A stretch of 64,000 bases of DNA from an uncultured delta proteobacterium (GCA_963778655.1 CAVZVA010000012.1:1-64000), one strand, 5' to 3'; positions 22,393 to 33,103 are shown, numbered from the stretch's first letter. Notes: generated from the sequence alone by a model not told the origin. Made by a program: numbers and translations.

Positions 22393-23625
22393 ATGAACGT
22401 AGTGCGCCCCGAAGAAGTCGGCCTGATCAGCGATCGGCTCGCCCGCATCGAGCGCCACTGGCGCGAGCGCTACATCGAGCCCGGCAAGATCGCCGGCGCC
22501 GTCACCCTCGTCGCGCGCCGCGGCAAGGTGGCCTACCTCTCGGCGCTCGGACAGCGCGACATCGAGCGCAAGCGGCCGATGACCGAGGACACGCTGTTCC
22601 GCATCTACTCCATGAGCAAGCCGATCACCTCGATCGCGATGATGATGCTGGTCGAGGAGGCCGCCTGCTCGCTCACCGACCCGGTGCACCGCTACATCCC
22701 GGAATGGGAGAACCTGCGCGTCTACCGCTACGGCACCTGGCCGAGCTTCGTCACCGAGCCCGCGCTGCGCCCGATGACCATCCGCGACCTGCTCACGCAC
22801 ATGTCCGGCCTGACCTACGGCTTCGTCTACCACGACCAGGTCGACGCCGCGTACCGCCAGACCGGCGTGAGCAGCGGCGTCCCCGGCGAGGCACGGCCGA
22901 GCACGTTGAAAGAGATGGCCGACAAGCTCGCGAAGCTGCCGCTGTTGTTCTCGCCCGGCACGAAATGGAACTACTCGGTCTCGACCGACATCACCGGCTA
23001 CCTGGTCGAGCTGATCTCGGGGATGCGGTTTGACGAGTTCTTGAGGACGAGGATCTTCGAGCCGCTGGGGATGAAGGAGACGGGCTTCAGCGTGCCCGCG
23101 GGCTGTGAGGACAGGTTTGCGGCGAACTACCGGCGGACGCTGCGGACGCGGCTGTCGGTCGAGGATGATCCAGCGAAGAGCCCCTATCTGGAGCCGCAGA
23201 CCTTCTTCAGCGGGGGAGGGGGGCTGGTGTCGACCGCGGCGGACTATCTGAAGTTCTGCCAGATGCTGTTAGGTGGAGGGGAGCTGGAGGGGAAGCGGAT
23301 CGTGAGCCGCAAGACCGTGGAGCTCATGACGATGAATCACCTGCCGGCGGGCAAGGACCTAGCCGAAATGGCCCTGGGGTCGTTCGCGGAGACGACGTAT
23401 GATGGCGTGGGGTTCGGGCTGGGGTTTGCCGTGCTGATGGACGTCGCGAAGAGGCAGAGTCACGGGACGCTCGGCGAGTACTACTGGGGCGGCGCGGCCA
23501 GCACGGCGTTCTGGGTGGATCCCGAGGAGGAGATGGTGGTGATATTCTTGACGCAATTGATGCCGAGCACGACGTATAACTTTCGAGGGCAGTTGCGGGG
23601 GTTGGTGTATGGGGCGGTGGGGTGA
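22393..23625 (+). CDS. Serine hydrolase, beta-lactamase-like family
   Basis: FRIYSMSK (SxxK), LLTHMSG, PGTKWNYS, IFEPLGM, YWGGAA. Confidence 0.85.
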   Translation: MNVVRPEEVGLISDRLARIERHWRERYIEPGKIAGAVTLVARRGKVAYLSALGQRDIERKRPMTEDTLFRIYSMSKPITSIAMMMLVEEAACSLTDPVHRYIPEWENLRVYRYGTWPSFVTEPALRPMTIRDLLTHMSGLTYGFVYHDQVDAAYRQTGVSSGVPGEARPSTLKEMADKLAKLPLLFSPGTKWNYSVSTDITGYLVELISGMRFDEFLRTRIFEPLGMKETGFSVPAGCEDRFAANYRRTLRTRLSVEDDPAKSPYLEPQTFFSGGGGLVSTAADYLKFCQMLLGGGELEGKRIVSRKTVELMTMNHLPAGKDLAEMALGSFAETTYDGVGFGLGFAVLMDVAKRQSHGTLGEYYWGGAASTAFWVDPEEEMVVIFLTQLMPSTTYNFRGQLRGLVYGAVG

Positions 23626-23734
23626 GCGACTGGCGGCCGCCGGCGCTTGGCGGCGGATCGCGCCGATCTTGGAACCCATCTGCGCGACAACACAGCACTG
23701 ATCGTCCGGCACGGCGGCTGCGACCGCGGCAGTC

Positions 23735-25255
23735 GTGGCCCGCCTGCCTGCGCCCCGACCGTGTTCGCACGCGAGTGCCGCCGCTGCGCTCCACTACGAG
23801 CGCGGCCGGCCCGAGCAGAGCGTGCTCTACCGCGTCCTCCAAGAGCACCTCGCGACCTTCCTCGAGACCGCTGCCGAGCTCGACGGCGGTGCCTCTGGGG
23901 TACCGCGTTTCGTCCAGAAGGAGCTGCGCGCGTTCCTCGATTGCGGTGTGCTCGCGCGAGGACTGATTCGCCTACACTGCGGCGACTGCGGCCAAGACCA
24001 AGTGATCGGGCTCTCCTGCAAGGGGCGCGGATTTTGTTCGCGGTGTGGTGGCCGGCGAATGACCGAAACCGCGGCCCGTCTCTGCGAGTGCGTGCTCCCG
24101 CACGTACCCGTGCGCCAGTGGGTCCTGACCGTGCCCCATCGGCTCCGCTACCGCATCGGTTACGACCATGACCTGTGCAAGCGGGTGCTGCACATTTTGA
24201 ACGACGAGCTGCAGCGCTACTACCGCAGCAAGAGCGGTGAGCACCGCGGACAAACCGGCAGCGTTACGTTCATCCAGCGCTTCAACAGCGGGCTTGGCTT
24301 GAGCCCGCATTTTCACCTGTTCGCGCTCGACGGCGCGTTCGTCGAGGACTCGGCGGACGAACTACGGTTCGCTGCAGCCCGTGAACCGAGCGAGCTCGAC
24401 GTCGCCGAGATCGTGAGCGCAGTGCACGCTCGGGTCGAGCTGCTGCTTCGCCACGTCGACGGCGGGCACGATGACGAGGGCCACGACGAGCTCGCGACCG
24501 AGTCAGTCGCCCTAGCGGCTTGCTATGCGGCCTCGGTCACGCGCCGCATGGCGCTCGGTTCCAAGAGCGGCAAGCGTATCGTGCAGCTCGGTGCCGAGCA
24601 CAACGCTCCTTGGGTCCAGGTCGACCACCCTCGCCACGCCCACTACGAGGGCTTCGATCTGCACGCCGATGTGGCGCTCGCGGCCGGTGACCGTGAGGGC
24701 CTGGAGCGGGTGCTGCGCTACGGCGCGCGCCCAGCGATCGCGGCCGAACGACTTCGTTTCACGCCCGACGGCCGCATCGCGCTCGAGCTCAAGCGCCGCT
24801 ACTACGACGGCACCACCCACCTGATCTTCGAGCCGCTGGCGTTCGTCGAACGGTTCGCTGCGCTCGTGCCCAAGCCGCACAAAAACCTCGTCATCTACAG
24901 CGGCGTGCTCGCGCCCAACGCCAAGCTACGCAGCAAGGTAGTGGCCTACGGAGCGACCGAGCGGTCACGAGCACTGGCAGCGAGCGACGCGGTCTCGCGT
25001 CCGGGCGCCACCGAGACCGCGACCGCGCGCCCCAATGTGCGCAGCCGCCCGAACTACGCGTGGGCGGACCTGATGCGTCGAGCCTTCGGCATCGACGTCT
25101 TGCGGTGCCCGCACTGCGGCGGCCGGCTGAAGCTCTTGGCCGCGGTCATGAGCCCGCCCGCGATCCGAGCCATCCTGGCGAGCCTCGGCCTACCGACCGA
25201 AGCGCCCGAGCTGTGCCCGGCCCGAGCGCCACCCGAGCAGCCCGACTGCGCGTAG
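23735..25255 (+). CDS. IS91/ISCR-family rolling-circle (HUH) transposase
   Basis: Zn-binding CGDC..SCKGRGFCSRC, RQWVLTVP, HUH motif SPHFHL, RYGARP, YSGVLAPNA, C-terminal CPHCGG. Confidence 0.85.
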   Translation: MARLPAPRPCSHASAAAALHYERGRPEQSVLYRVLQEHLATFLETAAELDGGASGVPRFVQKELRAFLDCGVLARGLIRLHCGDCGQDQVIGLSCKGRGFCSRCGGRRMTETAARLCECVLPHVPVRQWVLTVPHRLRYRIGYDHDLCKRVLHILNDELQRYYRSKSGEHRGQTGSVTFIQRFNSGLGLSPHFHLFALDGAFVEDSADELRFAAAREPSELDVAEIVSAVHARVELLLRHVDGGHDDEGHDELATESVALAACYAASVTRRMALGSKSGKRIVQLGAEHNAPWVQVDHPRHAHYEGFDLHADVALAAGDREGLERVLRYGARPAIAAERLRFTPDGRIALELKRRYYDGTTHLIFEPLAFVERFAALVPKPHKNLVIYSGVLAPNAKLRSKVVAYGATERSRALAASDAVSRPGATETATARPNVRSRPNYAWADLMRRAFGIDVLRCPHCGGRLKLLAAVMSPPAIRAILASLGLPTEAPELCPARAPPEQPDCA

Positions 25256-25398
25256 CCTGCGGCGAGCTCGAGCGCCGAGCAACAGAATCGTCCGGGACGA
25301 GACGGTTCGGACCCGGTTGCGTCCAAAGTCGCGAAAAGTCCTAATCTTGGAACAACAAGCCACGCCGCAAGGCCGCGCGCTTCCCCCGGTAATGCGCC

Positions 25399-25490
25399 CC
25401 GCCGCGCGGCGCCGTTTCGCAGATCCAGGAATATGTCAACTTCGCTGAAGCGCCAAAGCCGGACTGGAGGTCTTAATGCTTCCTAGCGTC
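25399..25490 (+). mobile_element. oriIS-like 3' end of the IS91/ISCR-like element
   Basis: Ends GTCTTAATGCTTCCTAGCGTC ~235 bp after the transposase stop, resembling IS91/ISCR oriIS (..TTCCTA..); repeated at 34973-35064; abuts truncated istA. Confidence 0.65.
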
Positions 25491-26310
25491 GCAGCCGCGC
25501 CAGGATCCATCGCTGTGCGATCTGCACGCCAACTTCCACCTTCGCCTTGTCACGAGCCCTGCCTGGACGCGCCGGGACCACGGCCATACCGTAGTGGCGG
25601 CCCATCTCCGAGAACGTTCGCTGCAACACTGGCTCGTACTTGCATGCGACCGTCGCAACCGGCTTGGGCTGATCAGGCACCGTCATCTCCGGAACGCCTT
25701 CGAAGTACGACAGCGCTCCAACGTGGCCGGCCACCCAGTCGGCAACGCGCATCGTCGGTGTCGCTACCGCGTACGTGCAGTTCGACGCACCCAGCACCGC
25801 CACGAACAGCTCGACCTCGACGCGCTCGCCCGTCGATGCGTCGAACAACCACGGACGCAGCCCCGAGAAGTCCGTGAACATCTTCTCGCCCGCCACGTGC
25901 TGCTGCCGCATCACCAGCGACTGCTTCTTGCGCCAGCGTCGGTACACATCGCAGAACGCCGTGTACCGGTAGCCATCCGGATGCGCCTCCAGGTACTCCA
26001 GGTGCAGCAGCTCCAGCGTCACCCCCTTCTTCTTCAGCTCCAGGTGAATCGCGAGCGGATCGGGCAGCGAGCGGTTGTGCTTGAAGGCCGCTTCTCGCAG
26101 CCCGTACATCCGCTCCTCCAAAGCCGCGTCGTCCAGCAGCTCCACCGCCGCCCAGCTCAGCTCCAGACGCCGCGCGCGCGCCTCCGTCTTCGACACCGCG
26201 CCCGTGCTCACACCCAGGCTCCGCGCCGCCTCGCGCACTGTCAGCCCGCGCTCCCAGCGCAGTCGCAAGATCTCCCGAACGTTTCTCATCGGCAATCGCT
26301 CCGTCGCCAT
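25491..26310 (-). pseudogene. istA: IS21-family transposase IstA, 3'-truncated at the oriIS-like end
   Basis: HTH start REILRL, AGEKMFTDFSG, FVAVLGASN, PDQPK, DKAKVEVGVQIAQRWILARLR then cut. Confidence 0.85.
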
Positions 26311-26388
26311 CTCAGGGCCTCCTTCGAGGCTTCCAGCGATGGGTGAAACGACGCCCTACGTCACTGTCTCAGCCGTGATCCGAATCCG

Positions 26389-26615
26389 CGTTCACGACAT
26401 CCGATCTCGGCGTTCACGACCCCGATCTCGGTGTTCACGATGCCGCGATCTCGGTGTTCACGACCGCGATCTCGGTGTTCACGATGCCGCGATCCCGGTG
26501 TTCACGATGCCGCGATCCCGGTGTTCACGATGCCGCGATCCCGGTGTTCACGATGCCGCGATCCCGGTGTTCACGATGCCGCGATCTCGGTGTTCACGAT
26601 CGTGCGAAATCCGCA
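26389..26615 (-). repeat. IS21 left end with 10 tandem 21-23-bp repeats
   Basis: Unit GTGTTCACGATGCCGCGATC(C/T)CG; terminus reads TGCGGATTTCGCACGATCGTGAAC on the minus strand (TG start typical of IS21). Confidence 0.8.
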
Positions 26616-27062
26616 CCACGGACTGGCCAGAATCTGGGGGCTCACCAGGACGGCAGACGATGTGCTCGACGTCATCCGCTGCTCGGTCGCCACGTGGTTC
26701 GGCGTTCCGGAGGCCGACGTCGAACTCCGCTGGGTGGGGACTCCGCTCGTGAGCGCGATCCGCGTGCTCGCGCGCCTGGCTCGCTAACCGTCACCGAGCG
26801 CGCGGGTCCCACGGCGAGGCGGACCTGCGCGTTCGACATTCATTGTATGAGACGGGCGATGCATGTCCCCATCCTCGGCAGCTACCGCAGAGCCAGCGAT
26901 GCGGCGAGCATCTACCGGTACCCCGAGGGATTCAGCATGCGGGCTCCCCCTTCCGGGCGATCGGGCTGGATCTGTGTCATTCTTTGACTGAACTGCGTGG
27001 TAGCCGAAAGCCGCCGCGCTGGGACGACAACCCCAAATCCGACTCTCGAAAGGAGCCGATCC

Positions 27063-27569
27063 ATGCGCGTTTACTCGCCTTTTTTCTCCACCCTGTACGA
27101 CGAGGCTGGTCCCGTTGGCAGCCTGGGCCGTGGCACCCACTACTCCATCCTGCGGGCTGTGATCTGGCCCAACGGTGAACCGCGTTTCCACGATTTCGCC
27201 GTGATTTGGGACGAGGACCACGACCTACGGATCATCTGGGTGATCGAGCAGCTCTATGCGCGACGCCTGCTGCAACCGATTATTGCCATCGGCGAGCGCA
27301 AGGGCGGCGTCACGGCTCTAACGAGTACTTCGCAACCCCAATCCTACGAAAGCGGCGTGTACGAGGTCACATCGGACGTGCCTTCCGACTCCTTCGGCGC
27401 GGAGATTCAACTGTTTCCTGGGATCGACGGCATGGTGATCAATGACACGACCGCGCGGGTACGTGACTATCTCGCGGGGATCCATGCGCTCTGGGTTCTA
27501 GGCACGAAGGCGTGTCAGTTCACCACCGAACCGTTCCATGTTCCGGCCCGAGCTGCTTCCGTTCTCTGA
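27063..27569 (+). CDS. Hypothetical protein
   Basis: AAGGAG RBS before ATG; globular-looking composition. Confidence 0.6.
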   Translation: MRVYSPFFSTLYDEAGPVGSLGRGTHYSILRAVIWPNGEPRFHDFAVIWDEDHDLRIIWVIEQLYARRLLQPIIAIGERKGGVTALTSTSQPQSYESGVYEVTSDVPSDSFGAEIQLFPGIDGMVINDTTARVRDYLAGIHALWVLGTKACQFTTEPFHVPARAASVL

Positions 27570-28142
27570 GCGTGCGAAGCGAATTCGATCAGCGCTGCCA
27601 ACGCAGAAGATTCGCTGATTCTGGCAGGCGAGCTGTGCGTCTGCACATGGCGCGGGAGCCGCTGGGTCACAATGATCGGCCGCGCGCCAGCGGGTGGACG
27701 CAGGCGAGCAATCCCGGAAGGTCAAATGGCTCGGTTCCGGCATGGGCCCAAGCGGCCGTGACCTCCGGTAATCCTTCGTATCTTCGAGGCCCGTCCAACT
27801 AATCCGTCGAGAGCTCGAACAGCGCGCTCTCGTCTTCGTCCTGGATGCGGGTAGGCGGGATGAACGGGTTGTTTTGCCCGCCCGGGAAGTGAACGAAAAA
27901 TCCCCTTCTGCGAAGTGGGTCCCCAATGCTTTGAGGGGCCTCACCAATTCTGCGCGGCGGAACAGCAAACGAAGTTTCATGGATTTATCGCATCGTCCAA
28001 TCCTCCTCGACCAGCAGAGCCCGGTCGCACTGTGCGACCTACCGCCAGCGCGACGCGCAACGGGCGCGATCGTCGAATTCACGTTCGAGTTCACCGTGGG
28101 GCGTGCTACCGGTCATCTCGTTCCGTATTGCGTCTAGTGCAG

Positions 28143-28250
28143 TTTCCGAGAACGGTTTTGAACCGCTTCGTGTGGCTGCCGGGGCGAAGCTCTCGGAAAG
28201 ACCACACCGACCACGACCCGTCGGTCTCCGCGGTCACCTCGATCGCGGCG
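28143..28250 (+). ncRNA. Candidate structured 5' leader (three-way junction plus possible pseudoknot)
   Basis: TTTCCGAGA/TCTCGGAAA closing stem, CGGTT/AACCG and CTTCG/CGAAG arms, GTGTGG/CCACAC complementarity. Confidence 0.35.
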
Positions 28251-28324
28251 TGGTGGAAGCTCGTCGGCGCCGAGCCGCACCAAAGCACCCAAGAACCGAC
28301 GAAGCACGAAAACGAGGAAGAAAC

Positions 28325-29686
28325 ATGACACACACGACTTGCAGGCCGCATGCGCGATTCTCGACTCGGTGGATACTCTCGCTGCCCGTTTGTTGGATGC
28401 TTGTCTGCTTGCTGGCCAGCTGCGCAGTCCAGGCCGCTGACGACACTCCGCCCGTGGTAGTCGCCACGCAACCTCTCACCGCTAACGCACCGTCAGCAAA
28501 AAAGCCGACTGGCCAGGAGATCTCTGTCACGTCGGTACCTTACGCGAGATGTACAATTCAATTCGCGGAACAGGGTGGTTCCGAATCCACCCACGTGGTC
28601 TTTGCGGACGACCTAGGCATCGTTCACCTTTGGGCGCACCGAGCGCCCGAGCAGTACGATGTAATTTGCACCGAGAATGGTCGCTCTGTGACGCACGTGT
28701 TGGATCTTTCTAGCGATGCGGCGTTTGGACCGCCTGTGCCAGCTCCCGGAACTGTTGCCGCCGAGGTCAAGGTGCGGCCGCCACTTGCCGACCCGGCCAG
28801 TGTGGACGCAAGCACTCTCATGCAGCGAGGCTATCCCCCGCCCCCTGACCCAACGAAGAGCCCCGAATTCTATCAGAAATGGCTCGAACAGGTCTCGAAG
28901 CCTGCGTTTACCAAGTTAGCTCACGGGGTAAAGCGATCTGACATCCACTTTGATAACGTAACCAATGTGGCCGACACTTCCTGGGCTAGCATCTTGACGG
29001 ATAACGTGACCAATGATCCATTCTACGCTGCGGCTGCATATATTACATCCCCCCTTACCGCCAACACTCCGAATAATACCCAAATTGCCTACTGGGTCGG
29101 CGTAAATGGATCCCTCTTTATCGGTGGTGATAACCCCATCATCCAAGATGGATTATTAGTGTCCGTTACGGGAAACGTTGAGAGTACTTCCCCCTGGGTT
29201 GAATACTTTCCTGATTCGCCGCTCTTCGTAGACGCATATATGACTCCGCCGGGGGGCGGCGCCGCGGTACTGCCAGGAGACTTCCTCTTCATTGACTCAT
29301 GGGCGTGCGACTCGGCCGGAAACTATCATCCAGGCGGTGGAACAACGCTAAACAATTATGGATGCTTCTACATCTACAACTACCGCACGAGTCTGTATGT
29401 AATTGGACCGCTCCCGGCGCCAACGTCGATTAATCCATTCACCGGAGGCACGGCGGAAATCGTCATGGAGCGGCCGAACGCAACTGCGGGTGTGCCGATT
29501 CCAAGCTTCGATGCCACCGGGGCGTGGTTTCAGGCAGTTACCGACTCGGGTGCCTCGACCGATCTGACCACGAATCACTACCTTAATGCTACGTTGGTCA
29601 ATGGTTCGAACCAGGCTATGGTGGCCCCATACCATGTGCCAGGAGACCCGGTCGCGGTGGAATTCTACTTTGGTCAGAGCCAATAG
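28325..29686 (+). CDS. Secreted/lipoprotein with C-terminal G1 (glutamic peptidase, Peptidase_A4)-like domain
   Basis: LLASC lipobox; GYPPPPDP pro-like motif; SWAS, YWVGVNG, IIQDG (Gln), PWVEYFP, PGD, AEIVMERP (Glu). Confidence 0.65.
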   Translation: MTHTTCRPHARFSTRWILSLPVCWMLVCLLASCAVQAADDTPPVVVATQPLTANAPSAKKPTGQEISVTSVPYARCTIQFAEQGGSESTHVVFADDLGIVHLWAHRAPEQYDVICTENGRSVTHVLDLSSDAAFGPPVPAPGTVAAEVKVRPPLADPASVDASTLMQRGYPPPPDPTKSPEFYQKWLEQVSKPAFTKLAHGVKRSDIHFDNVTNVADTSWASILTDNVTNDPFYAAAAYITSPLTANTPNNTQIAYWVGVNGSLFIGGDNPIIQDGLLVSVTGNVESTSPWVEYFPDSPLFVDAYMTPPGGGAAVLPGDFLFIDSWACDSAGNYHPGGGTTLNNYGCFYIYNYRTSLYVIGPLPAPTSINPFTGGTAEIVMERPNATAGVPIPSFDATGAWFQAVTDSGASTDLTTNHYLNATLVNGSNQAMVAPYHVPGDPVAVEFYFGQSQ

Positions 29687-29887
29687 GCGTAGATGACCAT
29701 GGGGCCTGGAGTTTGCGAGGTCCAGGGTCGCCCTAAAAGCTCCGGCAGCGCTGCAGCGGGTCCGGCGGATAGGCCGGACCCGCCGCAAGTGGCACGCTTT
29801 GCACGTCTGCGGGCCCGCTGCTACGTATGTCGTGTGACGACGTCTCAGCAACCGCTCATAGGTTCCAAATGCTCGGAGCTCGCTCGA

Positions 29888-30937
29888 ATGTTTGTCAGGC
29901 CATGGTTTCAATTGGTGTGCTCCTGTATGCTCGGTGCTCAGGTAGTTGGAGGCTGCAGTTCATCGCCGCGGCCCAAACGGGTTTCCTCGCCGAGCGGATC
30001 CGGTGTGCGATGTGGCCGGACTCCCACCATGATCGTCGATGGGGCGTCCTACGTAGACCCGGATAAGCCAGCCGCGGTTCAGGTACCATTTATCATGGTG
30101 TCCTCAGACCACCTTTTCTATTTCATTAACCTGGTCGACCTGCCCAACGCGGGTGCCAACAACACCGGGCGTTTGATGCGAATAGGTTTTGGCGGGGGCG
30201 CACCAGAGGAGCTTGCGTTGGTCCCAGGTGGCAACTCAGCCGGTCAGCCTTTTGCGCTGACGCCGGATGGCGTGGTTTATGCCGAGCAACATGGCGAGAA
30301 CGATCGTCCCGGGCTTACCCTAGTGTCAGCGCCGGGCGGCGAGCATACGCCGGTGGTCTCCACCGACGGCCTTGCGCACGCGGTGCTTGGGGTCGGCACG
30401 GAGCTGTATTTTCTCGACGATGCGGGTCTGGAGGGAGTTTCGATGCATGGTGGCACGGCGCATCATCTTGCGGACACGAGGGCGTTTGGGCTCGGTGCCA
30501 CGGACGGGACTGTGCTGGTTATGACTCAAGCAGGTCTCTTGGGGGTGCCCACGGATGGCGGTCCAGCGACGACCTTGGCGCCCAATGCGAGCGGCCTTGA
30601 TCCAATTGGATGCGGCTCTGGCGTTTGCTGGGTGGAATCGAATGGCAGGCTCGCGCGGAAGGACCCGAACCGCGACCCCGTGACGCTCGCCATGTCGCTA
30701 GCGCTATTTGAGCCCCATGCGCTGGTGTTCGATGGCACTGACTTCTTCGTTTCTGCAGGCGGTGGAGGGGGAGCTTTGTACCGAATTCCGGCGACGGGCG
30801 GAGACCCGATACTGGTCGCAATTGGCCCCGGGCTGAGCTCGATCGCTGCTGACGACAGCTGCATCTACTGGTCGACTATCCAGGGAATTTTCAGTCTGCG
30901 TCTCGACACTGCGGACGCAGCGGATGGAGGGATCTAA
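29888..30937 (+). CDS. Putative beta-propeller lipoprotein
   Basis: GGC lipobox-like start; repeated blades such as RIPATGG..IAADDSCIYW; start uncertain. Confidence 0.55.
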   Translation: MFVRPWFQLVCSCMLGAQVVGGCSSSPRPKRVSSPSGSGVRCGRTPTMIVDGASYVDPDKPAAVQVPFIMVSSDHLFYFINLVDLPNAGANNTGRLMRIGFGGGAPEELALVPGGNSAGQPFALTPDGVVYAEQHGENDRPGLTLVSAPGGEHTPVVSTDGLAHAVLGVGTELYFLDDAGLEGVSMHGGTAHHLADTRAFGLGATDGTVLVMTQAGLLGVPTDGGPATTLAPNASGLDPIGCGSGVCWVESNGRLARKDPNRDPVTLAMSLALFEPHALVFDGTDFFVSAGGGGGALYRIPATGGDPILVAIGPGLSSIAADDSCIYWSTIQGIFSLRLDTADAADGGI

Positions 30938-31129
30938 GGAGGGGCAACGGCCGCGAGCGGTTCCGCCTCAAGCGGGCGTTCAGCAACAGAGCTCGAGGTA
31001 GATTGTGCCCGACGGGGACCTTGGGATCAGCCCGTGCCGTCGGTGGCCATCCAGGAGCCGGCGAGCCGAGTACCCCAATGCCGCGCTCGAGCAGTCCTCC
31101 GCGTTGCAGCAGCGAGCTCTGTTAGGCGA

Positions 31130-31897
31130 TCACGCACGGGGCGATCCCCTGAGAGTGGCAAGCGGAACGGCTTCGACGAGCATCGTTGGGGCGATGCGGT
31201 AGCCCTCTCCGGGGACGGTCTCGAGCAGCCGTGCATAGGCACCGAGTGTCCGCCTAAGGTTGGCGATGTGACGGCGAACGAGGACCGATGCCGCTCGGTC
31301 GCGACGACCAAGAACCTCGCGAGCCAGGTCGGCACTGCCAGTGAAACGGCCGCTTCGTTGAACCAGGAAACCAAGAATCGCACGCTCGGAAGGTCGCAGT
31401 AGGACCGCGCCAGTCGGGGTCAGCAGCGCCTCGGCTTCAAGAGTGAAGGCGCTGGAGCTGTCGATCTGCGAGCGCAACGGCGCGACGGAAGCCTGGTCTG
31501 AAGGGCCAGGCCCGCCGATGCGCTGCCGGTCCAGGACATCAAGAAGCTCGAAGAAATCGTTCGGTCTAGTCGGCTTTGGCACCAAAGGTCGACCCGAGCG
31601 CAGACATGCGAGAGCGCGCGTCACCACGGGAAAGGCGGTCACCAGAGCAATTGCGGGCGACGGGTGAAGCGACGCAATCGCCGGCAGCAGATCCGACCCA
31701 AACCCATCCGGAAGCCGATCGTCGACGATTGCGTACAAGAGGCAGAGCGCGGGCGTTGCGGCAAGCCAAGCACGAGTTTCGACGGCCGTTCGTGTCCAGA
31801 TTGCGGCGAAGCCCCTGCGCGAAAGCAATCGCAAGACGCTCCGAGCCCAGGCTTCATCGTCATCCACGAGCAACAGACGCGGCAGCAAGAACGGCAA
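31130..31897 (-). CDS. Response regulator with OmpR-like winged-helix output (divergent)
   Basis: LLLVDDD, VDDRLPDGFG, VPKP; C-terminal VRRHIANLRRTL..LETVPGEGYRI. Confidence 0.7.
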   Translation of the reverse strand: MPFLLPRLLLVDDDEAWARSVLRLLSRRGFAAIWTRTAVETRAWLAATPALCLLYAIVDDRLPDGFGSDLLPAIASLHPSPAIALVTAFPVVTRALACLRSGRPLVPKPTRPNDFFELLDVLDRQRIGGPGPSDQASVAPLRSQIDSSSAFTLEAEALLTPTGAVLLRPSERAILGFLVQRSGRFTGSADLAREVLGRRDRAASVLVRRHIANLRRTLGAYARLLETVPGEGYRIAPTMLVEAVPLATLRGSPRA

Positions 31898-32067
31898 GAT
31901 TCACCCCCTAACGTTTGGCCAGGACACTGCGGTGGACGTCCCCGGTCGCAGCTCGCCCACAGCGGAGGCTGTGCCAGCCTCTGCCACGGACTGCTTCGAT
32001 ACACTGTGGGCTCTCAGAAGCATGACCCCCCTGTTTCTCAGACTCGGGTTTCGCCGTTTTTCATAGT

Positions 32068-32256
32068 CTATGCGGCGCGAGCAAGCGCTGTAACGGCGGG
32101 CTGACGCAGGGGTCGTGCGAGTGGTCGTAAGTTACCGTAACCACGAGCCGGATCCAAAACGTCGATGCGCAACAAGAGGCGCTGCGCGGCGCGCAGGATG
32201 TCTGCGAAGCAGGCGTGATGTTTGTGTGTGTACCACGGTCTGTAGCCGGCCACCAC
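32068..32256 (-). pseudogene. C-terminal remnant of a DDE transposase (IS701-like)
   Basis: RPWYTHKHHACFADILRAAQR resembles the PWYxxK..FAD tail of such transposases. Confidence 0.45.
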
Positions 32257-32329
32257 GATCCGAAGAATCCGGACGCGATCTCGCGGGCGGCGTGGCGTCC
32301 CGCGAGACCGCGCCCGGTCACCGACGCGA

Positions 32330-33103
32330 TCAGCGCTTCTTGAGCGCGCGCTTCTTGTCGAGCCCCTCCTTGCGTTCCTTCTCGCGCCAGGAGTCGGCGT
32401 CGATGTCGAAGACGTGGCAGTGCTGAGCGAAGCGGTCTACGAGCGCGCCTAGACACGGAGCGTCGCCGAAGACGGTGCCCCACTGCTTGTAGGCGAGGTT
32501 GGTGGTGATGACGATGGCTCTGTTTTCGTGACGGTTGCTCACGATGCGGAAGAGAAGGTCGGCGGCGTCCGAGTTGCACGGCACGTACCCGAGCTCATCG
32601 ACGATGAGCAGATCGCAGTGGGTGTAGCGGCGCAGCCGGCGCTCGATCGCAGGCAGCGACTCTTGTCGGAGCAGGTCGGCGAGTGCTGCGGCGAGCGTGA
32701 TGAAACGGACGGTGTAGCCCTTGGCAAGCGCAGCCAGGCCGAGGTGCTTGGCCAGCGTGCTCTTGCCGACACCGGCCTGGCCTCGGAAGAGGATGTTTTC
32801 GCCGCGCTCCATGAAGCCCAGGGACTCGTGGAGCTCCTCGAAGAGCTCGCGTTCGATCGCGCGCGGGTGAGTCCAATCGAAGCGGTCCAGCGGTTTGACA
32901 CGTCCGAGCGTGGCCGCCTTGGTGCGCGCGGCGAGGTTGCGAGCATCGCGTTCGCGTTTCTCGAGCGTGGAGAGCTCGAGCAGGGTCTGCGCTGGAGACA
33001 TGCTGCTCTTGGTGGCGTGCGCGAGCAGCGCGCGCAGCGCGTCAGCGCCGGCGCGGAAGCCGAGCGCGCGGATCGCCTCGGCCGGGTCATTCGCCGTCGT
33101 CAT
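32330..33103 (-). CDS. istB: IS21-family helper ATPase IstB
   Basis: Walker A GQAGVGKS, Walker B LLIVDELGY, ITTNL, LVDRFAQH. Confidence 0.9.
   Translation of the reverse strand: MTTANDPAEAIRALGFRAGADALRALLAHATKSSMSPAQTLLELSTLEKRERDARNLAARTKAATLGRVKPLDRFDWTHPRAIERELFEELHESLGFMERGENILFRGQAGVGKSTLAKHLGLAALAKGYTVRFITLAAALADLLRQESLPAIERRLRRYTHCDLLIVDELGYVPCNSDAADLLFRIVSNRHENRAIVITTNLAYKQWGTVFGDAPCLGALVDRFAQHCHVFDIDADSWREKERKEGLDKKRALKKR

Noticed and set aside
22393..23625. Antibiotic-resistance beta-lactamase mobilised by the adjacent IS91-like element
   Set aside because: Motifs fit the broad esterase/serine hydrolase group (LLTHxSG, WGGAA), there is no signal peptide, and nothing shows co-mobilisation.
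26389..26615. CRISPR array
   Set aside because: Units are contiguous with no unique spacers, no cas genes are present, and the tract ends in an IS21-type terminus next to istA.
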